From: an uncultured Eubacteriales bacterium
Lineage (GTDB): Bacteria; Bacillota; Clostridia; Christensenellales; CAG-314
Direction: 5' to 3'
Assembly (NCBI GenBank): GCA_948938605.1
Contig: CARAIG010000086.1
Span: forward strand, 7,931 to 71,930
Length of the DNA: 64,000 nucleotides
Position numbers and translations under genes: made by a program
In this document: piece after piece, positions 45,187 through 55,362 of the stretch
Position numbering within the stretch: position 1 is the first letter of the stretch
How the letters are laid out: every line of letters starts with the position of its first letter
Notes under the pieces: model-generated
The model's database searches: none
What the model saw: the letters and a program-made list of their open reading frames with translations, nothing else
Told to the model about the DNA's origin: nothing

Positions 45187-47586
45187 ATGAAAAAAAGAAT
45201 ATCAGTATTGATTGCTATCGTTCTTGTAATTGCAGTTGCTTTGCCGGTTTTGGCTTCGTGCGAGACGCCGAACAAGACGGTTTCGTCTATCAGCGTTGTA
45301 AGCCCTAAAACCGAATACAAAGTCGACGAAGCAATCGATTACGACAGTTTAAAAATTGAAGTTAAATACGACGACGGCACGACCGAAATTAAGACGGTTA
45401 AAGAGCTTAAAGCAAGCGTAACCAAAGCGGATTTGTCTAAGTCGGGCAATACGTCTTATACGGTAATCTATGGCGGAAAAAGCGCGACGGTTAACATTAA
45501 AGTTACTGCCGAAGTAGTAGAACCTACTAAGGTGCAGTTGCAAACGTTTGTAGAACCGTCCTTCTATACGGAATACACAACAAAATCCGCTGATCGCGGC
45601 GACAAGGAAGAAACAAGATCGGACTTCCGCATTACCGAACAAACTTACGAAGTAGGTAATGCAAACAAGTTTATCTTCCGTCCCAGCGCAACAGGTCTTG
45701 ATATCGAAGCACAAAAAACCGTAACTATTTCAAACGTTAAAACAACGGCTAAGGTTTACAGTAAAGATGCTCAAAACGGAACGTATACCGAAGTTGCAGC
45801 CGACGCTCTTGCCGATTTTGTAACAATCGAAGATAACACCTATTTGTTTAGCGAACAAGCCGCAGGCAAATACATTAAACTGGAAATTACGTTAGACAGC
45901 GAAGAATACGACGTTGATTTAATGGAAGAAGAATTGCGTACCATTACGGTGGAATTTGTCGTTGTCGACGGCGGTTACAACGTTTATAACCAATTAGGTC
46001 TGTCCGTTATGTGCGACTTGCAAAAGCAAGCTTGGTCGCAATTGTGGGGAGCAACCGCAACATATAATGCCGATACCCAAAAATATGACCTTACAGCAGG
46101 TGCAAACCCCGTTAAACTCGAATCGGATACCGATTACCTTTATACTTATGTAGGCAATGTTAAATGGGTAATTCTTCACGGCGATTTGACGTTAGATGCC
46201 GAACAAATGCCTGCGCAATATTTCTGGGACAGTAAAGACCCCAGTTATAACACTGCGTTGGAATCCATTAAAGGACTTACTAACCTTGAAAGCAAATTAA
46301 ACGGCTCCCTTAAAGACGGTTTAAACAACGGACAAAGCGTCAATTACACTAAGGATACTATTCCCGGTTCGGACCACGTAGTTGCAGAAACAGGTATCAG
46401 TGTTAATATGCAAAACGGTTTGTTTGCTACAAACAAGGTAAGCGTATCGGGTAACTATCACAGCATTATAGTGCCCGAATACAAGGAAGGCGGCAGACAT
46501 TTCTATACGGTAGTGGACTATGACAATGCGTCCGATTCGAAACCCGCATATCCCGTTTCGCACTGGTCGGTATTCCAAATCCATATGAAAAACGACGCAA
46601 GCGGACTCGAAGCAAAATACAATTTTAAAAACCTGTCTATGTCGGGTAATAATGCTAAGGACGATGTGGCGCCGGACGAAAAAGCGAAGGGCATTCCCGC
46701 AGGTATGATGATGGTTAACTGTTATTCTAATGGTTTGACTTTCGACAATATTGTATCCGAAAAATTTTATACAAACGTTATTGTCGACGGTTACGGAGAC
46801 ATAACCAGAGTCGACATTTTAAACAGTAAATTTTACGATTCGTACAGCAATATGTGCTATATGTGGAGAAGTAAAGTTTTCATTGAAAACAGCGAACTTA
46901 TCGGCGCAGGCGGACCTTTGTTTATCCTTTGCGACGGAGCTCGCAATATTGCCGAAAACCGCGGTGATGACAACGGTCCCAATATGACGGTTGACAAAAA
47001 ATCAGTATTGCAATCTTATGCAACGGGTAACGAAAGCTGGTATGTTAACTTTGATGCGCAAGCGCTTATAGGGCAACTTAGCGGCGCTTTGGAAAAGCAA
47101 GTTCTTAATAAACTCGGTAAAACAATTCTTACTAAACAAAATGGTTTGGATTATGTAAACGTTATTGCGGCGATGATTTGCGATCCCGCTAAGATTATAG
47201 CAGGTCAAAGCGAATATTTGATTGACGTTTGCGGAAGATATACCACAATGGACGGCGAAACGGTTGTAGAACAATTTGCAATGCACAATCAAGTATTGAC
47301 TACGTTGAGAGAATCTACAAGGGTAGTTGACGGAAAATACCACGCAACCCAATTCCCCGCAATTATACAAGTGGGCAATCTTTATGCGTTTACGGATATG
47401 ACAAACTTGTATACGTTAGGTGCAAGCGGAGCTCAACCGTTTAATCCTGCAACGGACGGAGTTGCTTGGGCAACCAACACAAATGATAAAATTTGCGTCT
47501 ATATGTCGGCAGCTTCGCAATCTAAGTCGGATAACGCGCCGTATTTCGGAGCAATCCTCGATGTTGCGCCTTTTCAAGCCCAATAA
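45187..47586 (+). CDS. 799-aa lipoprotein with an N-terminal bacterial Ig-like repeat
   Basis: Lipobox LASC (MKKRISVLIAIVLVIAVALPVLASCETP). VSSISVVSPKTEYKVDEAIDYDSLKIEVKYDDGT is Ig-like. The remainder is unassigned. Confidence 0.7.
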   Translation: MKKRISVLIAIVLVIAVALPVLASCETPNKTVSSISVVSPKTEYKVDEAIDYDSLKIEVKYDDGTTEIKTVKELKASVTKADLSKSGNTSYTVIYGGKSATVNIKVTAEVVEPTKVQLQTFVEPSFYTEYTTKSADRGDKEETRSDFRITEQTYEVGNANKFIFRPSATGLDIEAQKTVTISNVKTTAKVYSKDAQNGTYTEVAADALADFVTIEDNTYLFSEQAAGKYIKLEITLDSEEYDVDLMEEELRTITVEFVVVDGGYNVYNQLGLSVMCDLQKQAWSQLWGATATYNADTQKYDLTAGANPVKLESDTDYLYTYVGNVKWVILHGDLTLDAEQMPAQYFWDSKDPSYNTALESIKGLTNLESKLNGSLKDGLNNGQSVNYTKDTIPGSDHVVAETGISVNMQNGLFATNKVSVSGNYHSIIVPEYKEGGRHFYTVVDYDNASDSKPAYPVSHWSVFQIHMKNDASGLEAKYNFKNLSMSGNNAKDDVAPDEKAKGIPAGMMMVNCYSNGLTFDNIVSEKFYTNVIVDGYGDITRVDILNSKFYDSYSNMCYMWRSKVFIENSELIGAGGPLFILCDGARNIAENRGDDNGPNMTVDKKSVLQSYATGNESWYVNFDAQALIGQLSGALEKQVLNKLGKTILTKQNGLDYVNVIAAMICDPAKIIAGQSEYLIDVCGRYTTMDGETVVEQFAMHNQVLTTLRESTRVVDGKYHATQFPAIIQVGNLYAFTDMTNLYTLGASGAQPFNPATDGVAWATNTNDKICVYMSAASQSKSDNAPYFGAILDVAPFQAQ

Positions 47587-47627
47587 TACAATTCGGTTAT
47601 CTAAATAACAGGATACTTGTTTAAACA

Positions 47628-47656
47628 AACGCTCTGCTTTTCAGCAGGGCGTTTTG
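47628..47656 (+). terminator. rho-independent terminator after the lipoprotein gene
   Basis: aacgctctgc...gcagggcgtt (one G-U pair) followed by T's. Confidence 0.7.
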
Positions 47657-47679
47657 CTATTGTTTTAATTGTCATTTCA

Positions 47680-47708
47680 TTGACTTTTTTTTGTTATTGT
47701 CTTACAAT
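47680..47708 (+). promoter_or_regulatory. leuS promoter (TTGACT-17-TACAAT)
   Basis: -35 at 47680-47685 and -10 at 47703-47708. Confidence 0.6.
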
Positions 47709-47738
47709 TTAGCCATACAATATTTTGCGAGGTTACTT

Positions 47739-50165
47739 ATGGATAAAGTAGCGGTTCAAAACAAATGGAATAAACGTTGGACGGAAAAACCCGTTTATAA
47801 ATTCGATCCTAAAAAGCAGGATAAATACTACGTGTTGGAAATGTTTTCGTATCCCAGCGGTGCCAAACTGCACGTAGGGCATTGGTACAACTACGGCTTG
47901 ACCGACAGTTTTGCGCGGTATCAAATTATGAAAGGGTGCAACGTGTTTCAACCTATGGGGTTTGACGCGTTCGGTTTACCTGCGGAAAACTACGCAATTA
48001 AGACGGGTATTCATCCGCAGGATTCCACGTTGCACAACATCGAAGTTATGGAACAGCAGTTGAAAAACATCGGTGCCTTGTTCGATTGGGATCACGAAAT
48101 AAAAACCTGCTTGCCCGATTACTACAAGTGGACGCAGTGGATATTTTGTCAACTGTACAAGCACGGTTTGGCATACCGTAAAAAGGCTCCTGTCAATTGG
48201 TGCCCTAGTTGCAACACAGTGCTTGCCAACGAACAAGTAGTGGACGGACATTGCGAACGTTGCGAAAGTCAAGTTATTAAAAAGGACTTAACGCAATGGT
48301 TCTTTAAAATAACCGCCTACGCCGACGAATTGATAAGCGGTTTGGATAATCTTGACTGGCCGGAAAAAACCAAAGCAATGCAACGCAACTGGATAGGCAA
48401 AAGCAACGGCGGGGAAATCACTTTTGACCTTGCAGACGGACAAGGCAGTTTTAATGTGTTTACCACACGCGCCGACACGTTGTTCGGTTGTACTTACGTT
48501 GTGCTTGCGCCCGAACATCCGTTGGTTAAGCAAATTACTACTAAGGCGCAAAAGTCGGCAGTGGAAAAATACTGTGACGAAGTTGCCAAAACGGACGAAA
48601 TCGAACGTCTGTCCACTGCAAAGGACAAGACGGGCGTGTTTACCGGAGCGTATGCAATCAATCCCGCTAACGGCGAAAAAGTACAAGTGTGGATAGGGGA
48701 TTACGTACTTGCAAGTTACGGTACGGGCGCCGTTATGGGTGTGCCTTCGCACGACGCAAGGGACTACAAGTTTGCCCAAACGCACAACCTTGCAATCAAG
48801 CGCGTTATCAAAGCGGCGTCTGCCGACATTGACGACAGTTTGCCTTATTGCGATTACGGCATTATGGTTAACAGCGGCGAATTTGACGGAATGACTACCG
48901 AACAAGGTCGCGTTGCCGTAGTGGAAAAATTGGCGAAGCAAGGCAAAGGCAAATTAACTACAAACTACCGTTTGCGCGACTGGTTAGTTTCCCGTCAGCG
49001 TTATTGGGGCGCGCCTATACCCGTTATATACTGCCCGCATTGCGGCGAAGTGTTGGACGAAAATTTGCCCGTAACTTTACCTTACGACGTGGAATTTAAA
49101 CCCGACGGTACAAGTCCGCTTGCCAAGCACGAAAAATTTATTCACGATGTAACTTGCCCTAAGTGCGGAGCAAAGGCTACACGTGACCCGGACACGTTGG
49201 ATACGTTTGTATGCAGCAGTTGGTATTACCTTAGATATATTGACCCTAAAAACGCAAATAAGCCCTTTGATACGGCTTTGGCGGACAAAATGCTCCCCGT
49301 CGATAAATACGTCGGCGGTGCCGAACACGCTTGTATGCACTTGTTGTATGCCCGCTTTATTACCAAGGCTTTGCGCGATATGGGTTACGTTCACTTTGAC
49401 GAACCGTTCAAGTCGCTTGTTCACCAAGGGGTAATTTTAGGTCCGGACGGCAACCGTATGAGTAAGTCGCACGGCAATATAGTATCCCCCGACGAATTTG
49501 TATCCGCTTACGGCGCGGATGTGTTCCGTTGCTATTTGGCATTCGGCTTTAAGTACATCGAAGGCGGACCTTGGAGCGACGACGGAATAAAGGCTATCAA
49601 CAAGTGGTTGGACAGGGTTGAGCGTTACGTTTTGAATGCTTACGGCAATTACGACGCGAACGGTGACTTCGGCGCGGAGGAAAAGGAACTTAACCGCGTA
49701 CGTCACAATACGATAAAAGCAGTGGATGCCGATTACGCCGATTTCAGTTTTAATACTGCGGTTGCGCGTATGATGGAACTTGTCAACGCATTAAGTAAGT
49801 ACGACCAAAAGGCAGTTAAAAATGCCAAACTTTACAAGGATACGGTTGACGATTTGCTTAAAGTGCTTTGTCCCCTTGCGCCGCACTTCTGCGAAGAATT
49901 GTGGGAACAAACAGGACACAAGGGCAGTATAATAGTAGCGGAGTTTCCCAAATACGACGAAAACGCATTAAAGACCAGCGAAATTGAAATGTTGGTACAA
50001 TTTAACAGCCGTCCCAAAACCCGCATTATGGTGGACACAACGCTAAACGTAAAACAAATAGAAGAACTTGTGCTTGCCGACGGTAAAGTTAAGGAATTGC
50101 TTGACGGCACAGCGGTTAAAAAAGTAATTGTAATTCCTAACAGGTTAATCAATATAATTATTTAA
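47739..50165 (+). CDS. leuS: leucyl-tRNA synthetase
   Basis: HVGHWYNY (HIGH-like), KMSKS-like RMSKSHGN, and CP1 editing domain sequence. ATG at 47739. Confidence 0.95.
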   Translation: MDKVAVQNKWNKRWTEKPVYKFDPKKQDKYYVLEMFSYPSGAKLHVGHWYNYGLTDSFARYQIMKGCNVFQPMGFDAFGLPAENYAIKTGIHPQDSTLHNIEVMEQQLKNIGALFDWDHEIKTCLPDYYKWTQWIFCQLYKHGLAYRKKAPVNWCPSCNTVLANEQVVDGHCERCESQVIKKDLTQWFFKITAYADELISGLDNLDWPEKTKAMQRNWIGKSNGGEITFDLADGQGSFNVFTTRADTLFGCTYVVLAPEHPLVKQITTKAQKSAVEKYCDEVAKTDEIERLSTAKDKTGVFTGAYAINPANGEKVQVWIGDYVLASYGTGAVMGVPSHDARDYKFAQTHNLAIKRVIKAASADIDDSLPYCDYGIMVNSGEFDGMTTEQGRVAVVEKLAKQGKGKLTTNYRLRDWLVSRQRYWGAPIPVIYCPHCGEVLDENLPVTLPYDVEFKPDGTSPLAKHEKFIHDVTCPKCGAKATRDPDTLDTFVCSSWYYLRYIDPKNANKPFDTALADKMLPVDKYVGGAEHACMHLLYARFITKALRDMGYVHFDEPFKSLVHQGVILGPDGNRMSKSHGNIVSPDEFVSAYGADVFRCYLAFGFKYIEGGPWSDDGIKAINKWLDRVERYVLNAYGNYDANGDFGAEEKELNRVRHNTIKAVDADYADFSFNTAVARMMELVNALSKYDQKAVKNAKLYKDTVDDLLKVLCPLAPHFCEELWEQTGHKGSIIVAEFPKYDENALKTSEIEMLVQFNSRPKTRIMVDTTLNVKQIEELVLADGKVKELLDGTAVKKVIVIPNRLINIII

Positions 50166-50166
50166 T

Positions 50167-51075
50167 ATGAACGAACAAAAATTCAAGCAACTGTCCGCCG
50201 AATTGGGAATAGGCAACACGCCGTTGATTCCCTACGAGGAAGACTTTGACGCGGATATTTACATTAAAAACGAAGCAATGAACGCAAGCGGCAGTATTAA
50301 GGATAGGGCTGCACTTGCTTTGATACTCGACGCGCAGGAACGCGGTATTTTGCACGCGGGCGACACGATAGTGGAAGCAACAAGCGGAAACACGGGTATT
50401 TCCCTTGCGTATGTCGGTGCAAAGTTAGGGTACAAAGTGTTGCTTACAATGCCCGCTTCGATGAGCGCCGAACGGCGTGAAATACTGCAAGGGCTTGGCG
50501 CGCAATTAGTGCTTACCGAAGGCAACTTAGGTATGCAAGGTGCAGTGGATATGGCGGAGCAGTTGTCTCGCGAACGCAATCACGTATGGCTAAAGCAATT
50601 TGAAAATACCGCAAACGTCGAAGCGCATTACTTGTCGACGGGGGCGGAACTGCTTGAACAACTTGACAAAATAGACGTATTTGTTGCAGGCGTAGGTACG
50701 GGCGGAACGCTAATCGGTACGGCAAAGTGCATTAAGGAGCGTTTCCCCGATTGCGTTATTGTCGCCGTTGAACCCGCTTCAAGCGCTACGTTATCCCGCG
50801 GGGAAAAGGGGCAGCACGCAATTCAAGGCATAGGCGCGGGGTTTGTCCCCAAAATTTACGACAAATCGTATGTAGACCAAGTGGAACTTGTCACCGACGA
50901 ACAGGCGCTGGAAATGTTTAAAACGCTTAACAACCGTCAAGGTTACTGTTGCGGTATATCTTCTGCCGCAAATACCGTTGTTGCAATCCGTCTTGCCGAA
51001 ATGTCGCAATACAAGGGGAAAAATATAGTAACGGTATTTCCCGACGGTGACGACCGCTACGAAAGTCTGCTATAA
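50167..51075 (+). CDS. cysK: cysteine synthase A (O-acetylserine sulfhydrylase)
   Basis: SIKDRAALALI PLP-lysine block, TSGNTGISLA, GTGGTLIG. Confidence 0.9.
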   Translation: MNEQKFKQLSAELGIGNTPLIPYEEDFDADIYIKNEAMNASGSIKDRAALALILDAQERGILHAGDTIVEATSGNTGISLAYVGAKLGYKVLLTMPASMSAERREILQGLGAQLVLTEGNLGMQGAVDMAEQLSRERNHVWLKQFENTANVEAHYLSTGAELLEQLDKIDVFVAGVGTGGTLIGTAKCIKERFPDCVIVAVEPASSATLSRGEKGQHAIQGIGAGFVPKIYDKSYVDQVELVTDEQALEMFKTLNNRQGYCCGISSAANTVVAIRLAEMSQYKGKNIVTVFPDGDDRYESLL

Positions 51076-51126
51076 AAGCGAATAACAATTTATTTTTTCA
51101 TTATTGCGTTTTTTACAAAAAACGTA

Positions 51127-51155
51127 TTGACAATGCTCCGAAGTGAGTTTACAAT
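51127..51155 (+). promoter_or_regulatory. consensus promoter (TTGACA-17-TACAAT)
   Basis: -35 at 51127-51132 and -10 at 51150-51155. Confidence 0.6.
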
Positions 51156-51209
51156 AATCGTGTGGTAACTAGAAGTTACGCGATAATATATTTTTATGGA
51201 GGAAGTGAC

Positions 51210-51560
51210 ATGAAAAAATTCACAAAGATTGCCGCTCTTATGTTGGTAGTTATTATGAGCGTTGCATTGCTTGCATCTTGCGGAATTAGCGAAAAAACAG
51301 CGGAAAAAGTTAATCAAGCGACTAAGGACGGCGAACCTATGTCGGTTGCCGATTTGGAAAAACTGTGCGGTGGCGAAGCCACAATCGATTTACGCGTATT
51401 GGGTTCTGGTTTCTTGGTATGGGTTAGCGGTTGCAAAGATGCAGAAGCTGTTCAAAAAAAGCTTGATGAAGGCAAAACTCCCAAAGCATTATATGTAATG
51501 GTTGTTGCAGGAAAAGCAACTACGGCTGTCTATCAAGATTACGACAAAGATAAGAAATAA
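51210..51560 (+). CDS. small lipoprotein (116 aa)
   Basis: MKKFTKIAALMLVVIMSVALLASCG lipobox. ATG at 51210 after GGAGGA. Confidence 0.6.
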   Translation: MKKFTKIAALMLVVIMSVALLASCGISEKTAEKVNQATKDGEPMSVADLEKLCGGEATIDLRVLGSGFLVWVSGCKDAEAVQKKLDEGKTPKALYVMVVAGKATTAVYQDYDKDKK

Positions 51561-51577
51561 ACATATATTAGTTTTTA

Positions 51578-51607
51578 AATCCCGACGAGCCGTCGGGATT
51601 TTTTTTG
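51578..51607 (+). terminator. rho-independent terminator
   Basis: A 10-bp stem aatcccgacg/cgtcgggatt followed by a T-run. Confidence 0.85.
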
Positions 51608-51705
51608 TTGTATTTTTAATTTTAGTATTATTTGTTTGTCAGTTGATTTTAAACCAACAAAAATCAGGTGTTATTAAGCGATTTTTTATTGTCGGTAAGT
51701 ATTTA

Positions 51706-51735
51706 TTGACACAACCGCTGTTTGCGTGGTACAAT
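51706..51735 (+). promoter_or_regulatory. trpS promoter (TTGACA-18-TGgTACAAT)
   Basis: -35 at 51706-51711 and an extended -10 at 51727-51735. Confidence 0.55.
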
Positions 51736-51774
51736 ATAGTGATAAATTTTACAATTAAAAGGAGGTAACTAATT

Positions 51775-52779
51775 GTGGATAACGTTAAAAAGACGGTTTT
51801 TTCCGGCGTGCAGCCTACGGGTAGAATAACGCTGGGCAACTATTTGGGGGCTATCCGTAATTGGTCGCCTTTGCAAGACGAATATAACTGTTTGTACTGC
51901 ATAGTGGATTTGCACTCGCTAACCGTAAAACAAGTGCCTGCGGAACTGCGCAAAAACACAATGGAACTTGTTGCGCTGTACATCGCTTGCGGAATAGATC
52001 CAAGCAAAAGCGCATTGTTTATTCAGTCGCACGTACACGAGCACGCCGAGTTGTGTTGGATATTGGATACTATTGCTTACATCGGCGAACTTAACCGTAT
52101 GACGCAATTTAAGGATAAGTCAAGGAAGCACGCCGATAATATAAATATGGGATTAATGAACTATCCCGTACTTATGGCAAGCGACATTTTGCTTTACAAT
52201 GCACAGCTTGTACCTATCGGCAAGGACCAAACACAGCACTTGGAACTTGCGCGGGACTTGGCAATACGTTTTAACGGACGTTATTCCGACACGTTTGCCG
52301 TACCCGAAGCGTTGATGTTCAAGTCGGGTAGCAGTATTAAAAGTTTGCAGGATCCGTCTGCAAAAATGAGCAAGTCGGACACTAACGAAAATGCGGTAGT
52401 GTCACTGCTTGACGACAAGGACGCAATCGTGCGCAAATTTAAACGCGCGGTAACCGACTGCGACACTGAAGTCCGTTTTGCCGAAGACAAGCCTGCAATT
52501 TCCAACCTTTTAAACATTTACAGTTTGTGTAGCGGCGAAAGCATTGCGGACGCCGAAAAACGCTTTGCGGGACGCGGTTACGGCGACTTTAAACTGGCGG
52601 TTGCCGACAGCGTAATTGCCGTAATAGAGCCTATTCAAGCCGAACAAAAACGGCTTGTTGCCGATAAGGCGTATCTCGAAAGCGTATTAAAGCAAGGCGC
52701 CGAACAAGCCGAACGCATTGCTCGCAAAACTTTGGACAAAGTTTACCGCAAGGTAGGGCTTGTAGGGCGTATTAGGTAA
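51775..52779 (+). CDS. trpS: tryptophanyl-tRNA synthetase
   Basis: GVQPTGRITLGNYLG and KMSKSD motifs. GTG start 9 nt after GGAGG. Confidence 0.93.
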   Translation: MDNVKKTVFSGVQPTGRITLGNYLGAIRNWSPLQDEYNCLYCIVDLHSLTVKQVPAELRKNTMELVALYIACGIDPSKSALFIQSHVHEHAELCWILDTIAYIGELNRMTQFKDKSRKHADNINMGLMNYPVLMASDILLYNAQLVPIGKDQTQHLELARDLAIRFNGRYSDTFAVPEALMFKSGSSIKSLQDPSAKMSKSDTNENAVVSLLDDKDAIVRKFKRAVTDCDTEVRFAEDKPAISNLLNIYSLCSGESIADAEKRFAGRGYGDFKLAVADSVIAVIEPIQAEQKRLVADKAYLESVLKQGAEQAERIARKTLDKVYRKVGLVGRIR

Positions 52780-52781
52780 AT

Positions 52782-53633
52782 ATGTTTGGATATTTGGATA
52801 TAGATAAGGACAAACTCGAAGACGGACAAAGGGGTTTGTGGCAAACCTTTATGTGCGGACTGTGCATATCGACGAAAAGTGCCTATAACAATCTTCCGCG
52901 TGCGTTTATAGGCAACGACATCAACTTTTTTAACGTGCTGTTCCATTCGGTGACGGAAACGGACGTGGAAATCGAAAACAAAACTTGCTTTTCGCATCCG
53001 TTTAAAAAAAGACCGATATTAAAAACGACTCAACTTACCGATACGCTTGCTACGGCAAATATACTGCTTATGTACTGGAATATTTACGACGACGTAGTGG
53101 ACGACAAAAGTTTTTCTAAAAGGACGGTTTTAAAATCGCTTAAAAAACCGTACGGTAAAGCACAAGCGGACTTGCCGAAAATGGACGGTATGCTTAAAAC
53201 AATGTACGACGGTTTGCAAACGTTGGAAAAGTCAAACTGCGACAGTATCGACAAGGTGGCGCACAGTTTTGCAAGTTTGTCGCAGCAGTTTGCCGCAATA
53301 ATTTTGCAGGACAAATCATCGGCAAACGTCGAAACGCTGTGTTATAACTTGGGTAAATGGATATACTTAATTGACGCATTAGACGACGTCGAAAAGGATT
53401 TAAAAACTAAAAACTACAATGTGTTTGTCAATTGCTACGGAATAGACAAAGTCGATGACGTAGTCAAGCACTTAGATGAAATTCAATTTACTATGTACGC
53501 TTCGCTTAACCGTATAGCGCAGTCGTACAACGACTTAAATTTGACCAAGTATACTTGCATACTTAAAAACGTATTGTATGACAGTATACGCAACAAAACT
53601 AAACAGATATTGGATAAATACAATGTCCGCTAG
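52782..53633 (+). CDS. DUF5685-like protein
   Basis: N-terminus MFGYLDIDKDKL...FMCGLCIS...NDINFFNVLFHS matches my memory of the MFGY...CGLC family signature. 283 aa. Confidence 0.55.
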   Translation: MFGYLDIDKDKLEDGQRGLWQTFMCGLCISTKSAYNNLPRAFIGNDINFFNVLFHSVTETDVEIENKTCFSHPFKKRPILKTTQLTDTLATANILLMYWNIYDDVVDDKSFSKRTVLKSLKKPYGKAQADLPKMDGMLKTMYDGLQTLEKSNCDSIDKVAHSFASLSQQFAAIILQDKSSANVETLCYNLGKWIYLIDALDDVEKDLKTKNYNVFVNCYGIDKVDDVVKHLDEIQFTMYASLNRIAQSYNDLNLTKYTCILKNVLYDSIRNKTKQILDKYNVR

Positions 53634-53642
53634 GAGACTATA

Positions 53643-54263
53643 ATGGATTACAACGCATACGAAATACTGGGATTGACTTCTTCCGCTACGCGCGACGAAA
53701 TAGACGCTAAGTACAAGCAGTTGCGGGACAAATATCAACGCGACCGTTTTTTGCCCGGTGAAGAAGGGGAAGAAGCGTCCGAAAGACTGCAACAAATAGA
53801 GGTTGCTTACCGCGATATTTTAGCGTCTTTGGAGGAATCTAAACAGGAAACCGATTTTACCCAAGACGAAGGTTACGGCGAAGTACAGCGTTTAATAAAC
53901 GAAGGCAAACTGTCCGAAGCGCAGGCATTGCTTGACGCGCGCGAAATTCGCGATGCCGAATGGCATTACGTGCAGTCTATTTTGTTTTACAAGCAAAACT
54001 GGTTTTTGGAAAGTAAAAAGCAACTTGAACTTGCTTGCCAAATGGATCCTAATAACGAACGTTATAAACAAAGTTTGGAAAAATTGACAAAGATACTTGC
54101 ATCTAACACAATAAGCCCCGACCAATTGCGTACTACGTCCCGTCCAATGGACGACGGTCCGAAAGTTGGCGCGGGTAACGGCACGTGTACGGGCAGCGCC
54201 TGTGCCGACTGCCTGTTGTGCAACGCTTGCTGTAATTGCGCCAGTTGTATGAGCGGTTGCTAG
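53643..54263 (+). CDS. J-domain-like protein lacking HPD, with a TPR-like middle region and a Cys-rich C-terminal tail
   Basis: YEILGLTSSATRDEIDAKYKQLRDKYQRDRF has QRD where HPD is expected. The tail GTCTGSACADCLLCNACCNCASCMSGC holds 9 Cys in the last 25 residues. Confidence 0.65.
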   Translation: MDYNAYEILGLTSSATRDEIDAKYKQLRDKYQRDRFLPGEEGEEASERLQQIEVAYRDILASLEESKQETDFTQDEGYGEVQRLINEGKLSEAQALLDAREIRDAEWHYVQSILFYKQNWFLESKKQLELACQMDPNNERYKQSLEKLTKILASNTISPDQLRTTSRPMDDGPKVGAGNGTCTGSACADCLLCNACCNCASCMSGC

Positions 54264-54264
54264 T

Positions 54265-54894
54265 ATGAGCAAATCTAAGCGTATTGCAATTAGCGGAATA
54301 TGCACTGCCGTATGCGTGGGGTGTCTGGCGTTGTCGGCGTTTTTTAAATGGGCTATGCTTGTTGCCGCCGTCATTGCTACCGTTGCTTGCGCCTTGCCTA
54401 CGCTTATTGATGCGCGCAATTGGTGGTATTCGGTGTTAATACTCATTGCTTCGGGCGCATTGGGGATGTTTTTCGGCACAATGGCAAACGTTATGTACGT
54501 TGCGCCGATTGTTGCTTTTTGTATGCCTTTCGGTATTGTCAAGGCGTACGGCGAAGCATTTAAGGTTACGGCGTCGTTAGGTGAAACGGAAATTTTGGAA
54601 GACCCGTTTGGCGGTGACGACAAGCAAACGGTGGCGGTAAACGTCGAAAGCAAACTGTGCTTACCGCGCGTTGTAAAATGGGTGCTGTATTACGTTTTGT
54701 TGGAAGCGGGGTTGGGCTTGACCGTTTTGAGCGTATTCCTGCTTATGCCGGATTTTTTTAATACCTTGGTTGCCAACAAAATTATTTATTGGATTTTAGG
54801 CGCGGCGCAGTTGGTAGTAGTGCCGTACGACTTCCTTATACGCGGTTGCTTTGTCGGTGCCGTAAAAATCTTGCGCAAAGCGCACGTGGTGTAA
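54265..54894 (+). CDS. hypothetical polytopic membrane protein
   Basis: 209 aa with about 5-6 hydrophobic helices. A 1-nt gap separates it from the previous gene. Confidence 0.5.
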   Translation: MSKSKRIAISGICTAVCVGCLALSAFFKWAMLVAAVIATVACALPTLIDARNWWYSVLILIASGALGMFFGTMANVMYVAPIVAFCMPFGIVKAYGEAFKVTASLGETEILEDPFGGDDKQTVAVNVESKLCLPRVVKWVLYYVLLEAGLGLTVLSVFLLMPDFFNTLVANKIIYWILGAAQLVVVPYDFLIRGCFVGAVKILRKAHVV

Positions 54895-54912
54895 AAGAAT
54901 ATTTTAATATAA

Positions 54913-54963
54913 AAAACGCCGATTTTCATTTTGGGGTACACCCCATTTGTTCGGCGTTTTTAT
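54913..54963 (+). terminator. rho-independent terminator
   Basis: aacgccga...tcggcgtt stem with an inner ggggt/acccc pairing, followed by a T-run. Confidence 0.6.
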
Positions 54964-55160
54964 GTTTTTTAACTTTTTCGGCATTAATGCTATTGAACTG
55001 TCAATACTATTCGGTTGTGCAAAATTCCGAATAAGGAAAGCATCTTTTTTACGGTTTTAAAAATATCGTTTGCGCTTGGCTAGAAAGCATTATTTTGTAA
55101 ATTTGCTTTACTGCATAATTTACAATTAAAAGCACTAGGCTTTTTACTTAGTGCTTTTAA

Positions 55161-55362
55161 TGGTTGCGTTCTCTTTTCACAGCGTGCGAAGTGCGCGTGG
55201 GGCAGGAGCAACGCGACGAAATAGCGATTGCTACGCAGTCAATCGCGTCACATTTGCGACATAGTATGTATTGGTATAAGCGGATTATACTCGCTTTGCT
55301 CGTGGCGTTCGCTTCGCTCGACTAAGGATCCTTGATGAGCTACCAGACTGCTCTACCCCGCG
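55161..55362 (-). pseudogene. disrupted tRNA-fMet copy
   Basis: On the minus strand, cgcggggtagagcagtctggtagctcatc is identical to positions 1-29 of the intact gene. About 165 nt of repeat-type sequence follows, then tcctgcccc, a 30-nt insertion and cgcaacca. The anticodon arm is absent. Confidence 0.7.

Noticed and set aside
47587-47738. T-box riboswitches upstream of leuS (47587-47738) and trpS (51608-51774).
   Set aside because: Both leaders are under 40 nt from a consensus -10 to the start codon and lack any specifier-loop or T-box (AANNNGGTGGNACC-like) sequence. These two aaRS genes therefore appear to be regulated differently from the common Bacillota pattern.
55161-55362. The disrupted tRNA-fMet as an intron-containing (group I) tRNA gene.
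   Set aside because: The interruption begins in the anticodon stem, not the loop, and the anticodon and most of the T-arm are missing rather than displaced. There is a second insertion near the 3' end. The inserted sequence is the same repeat family seen elsewhere, not a group I intron core.
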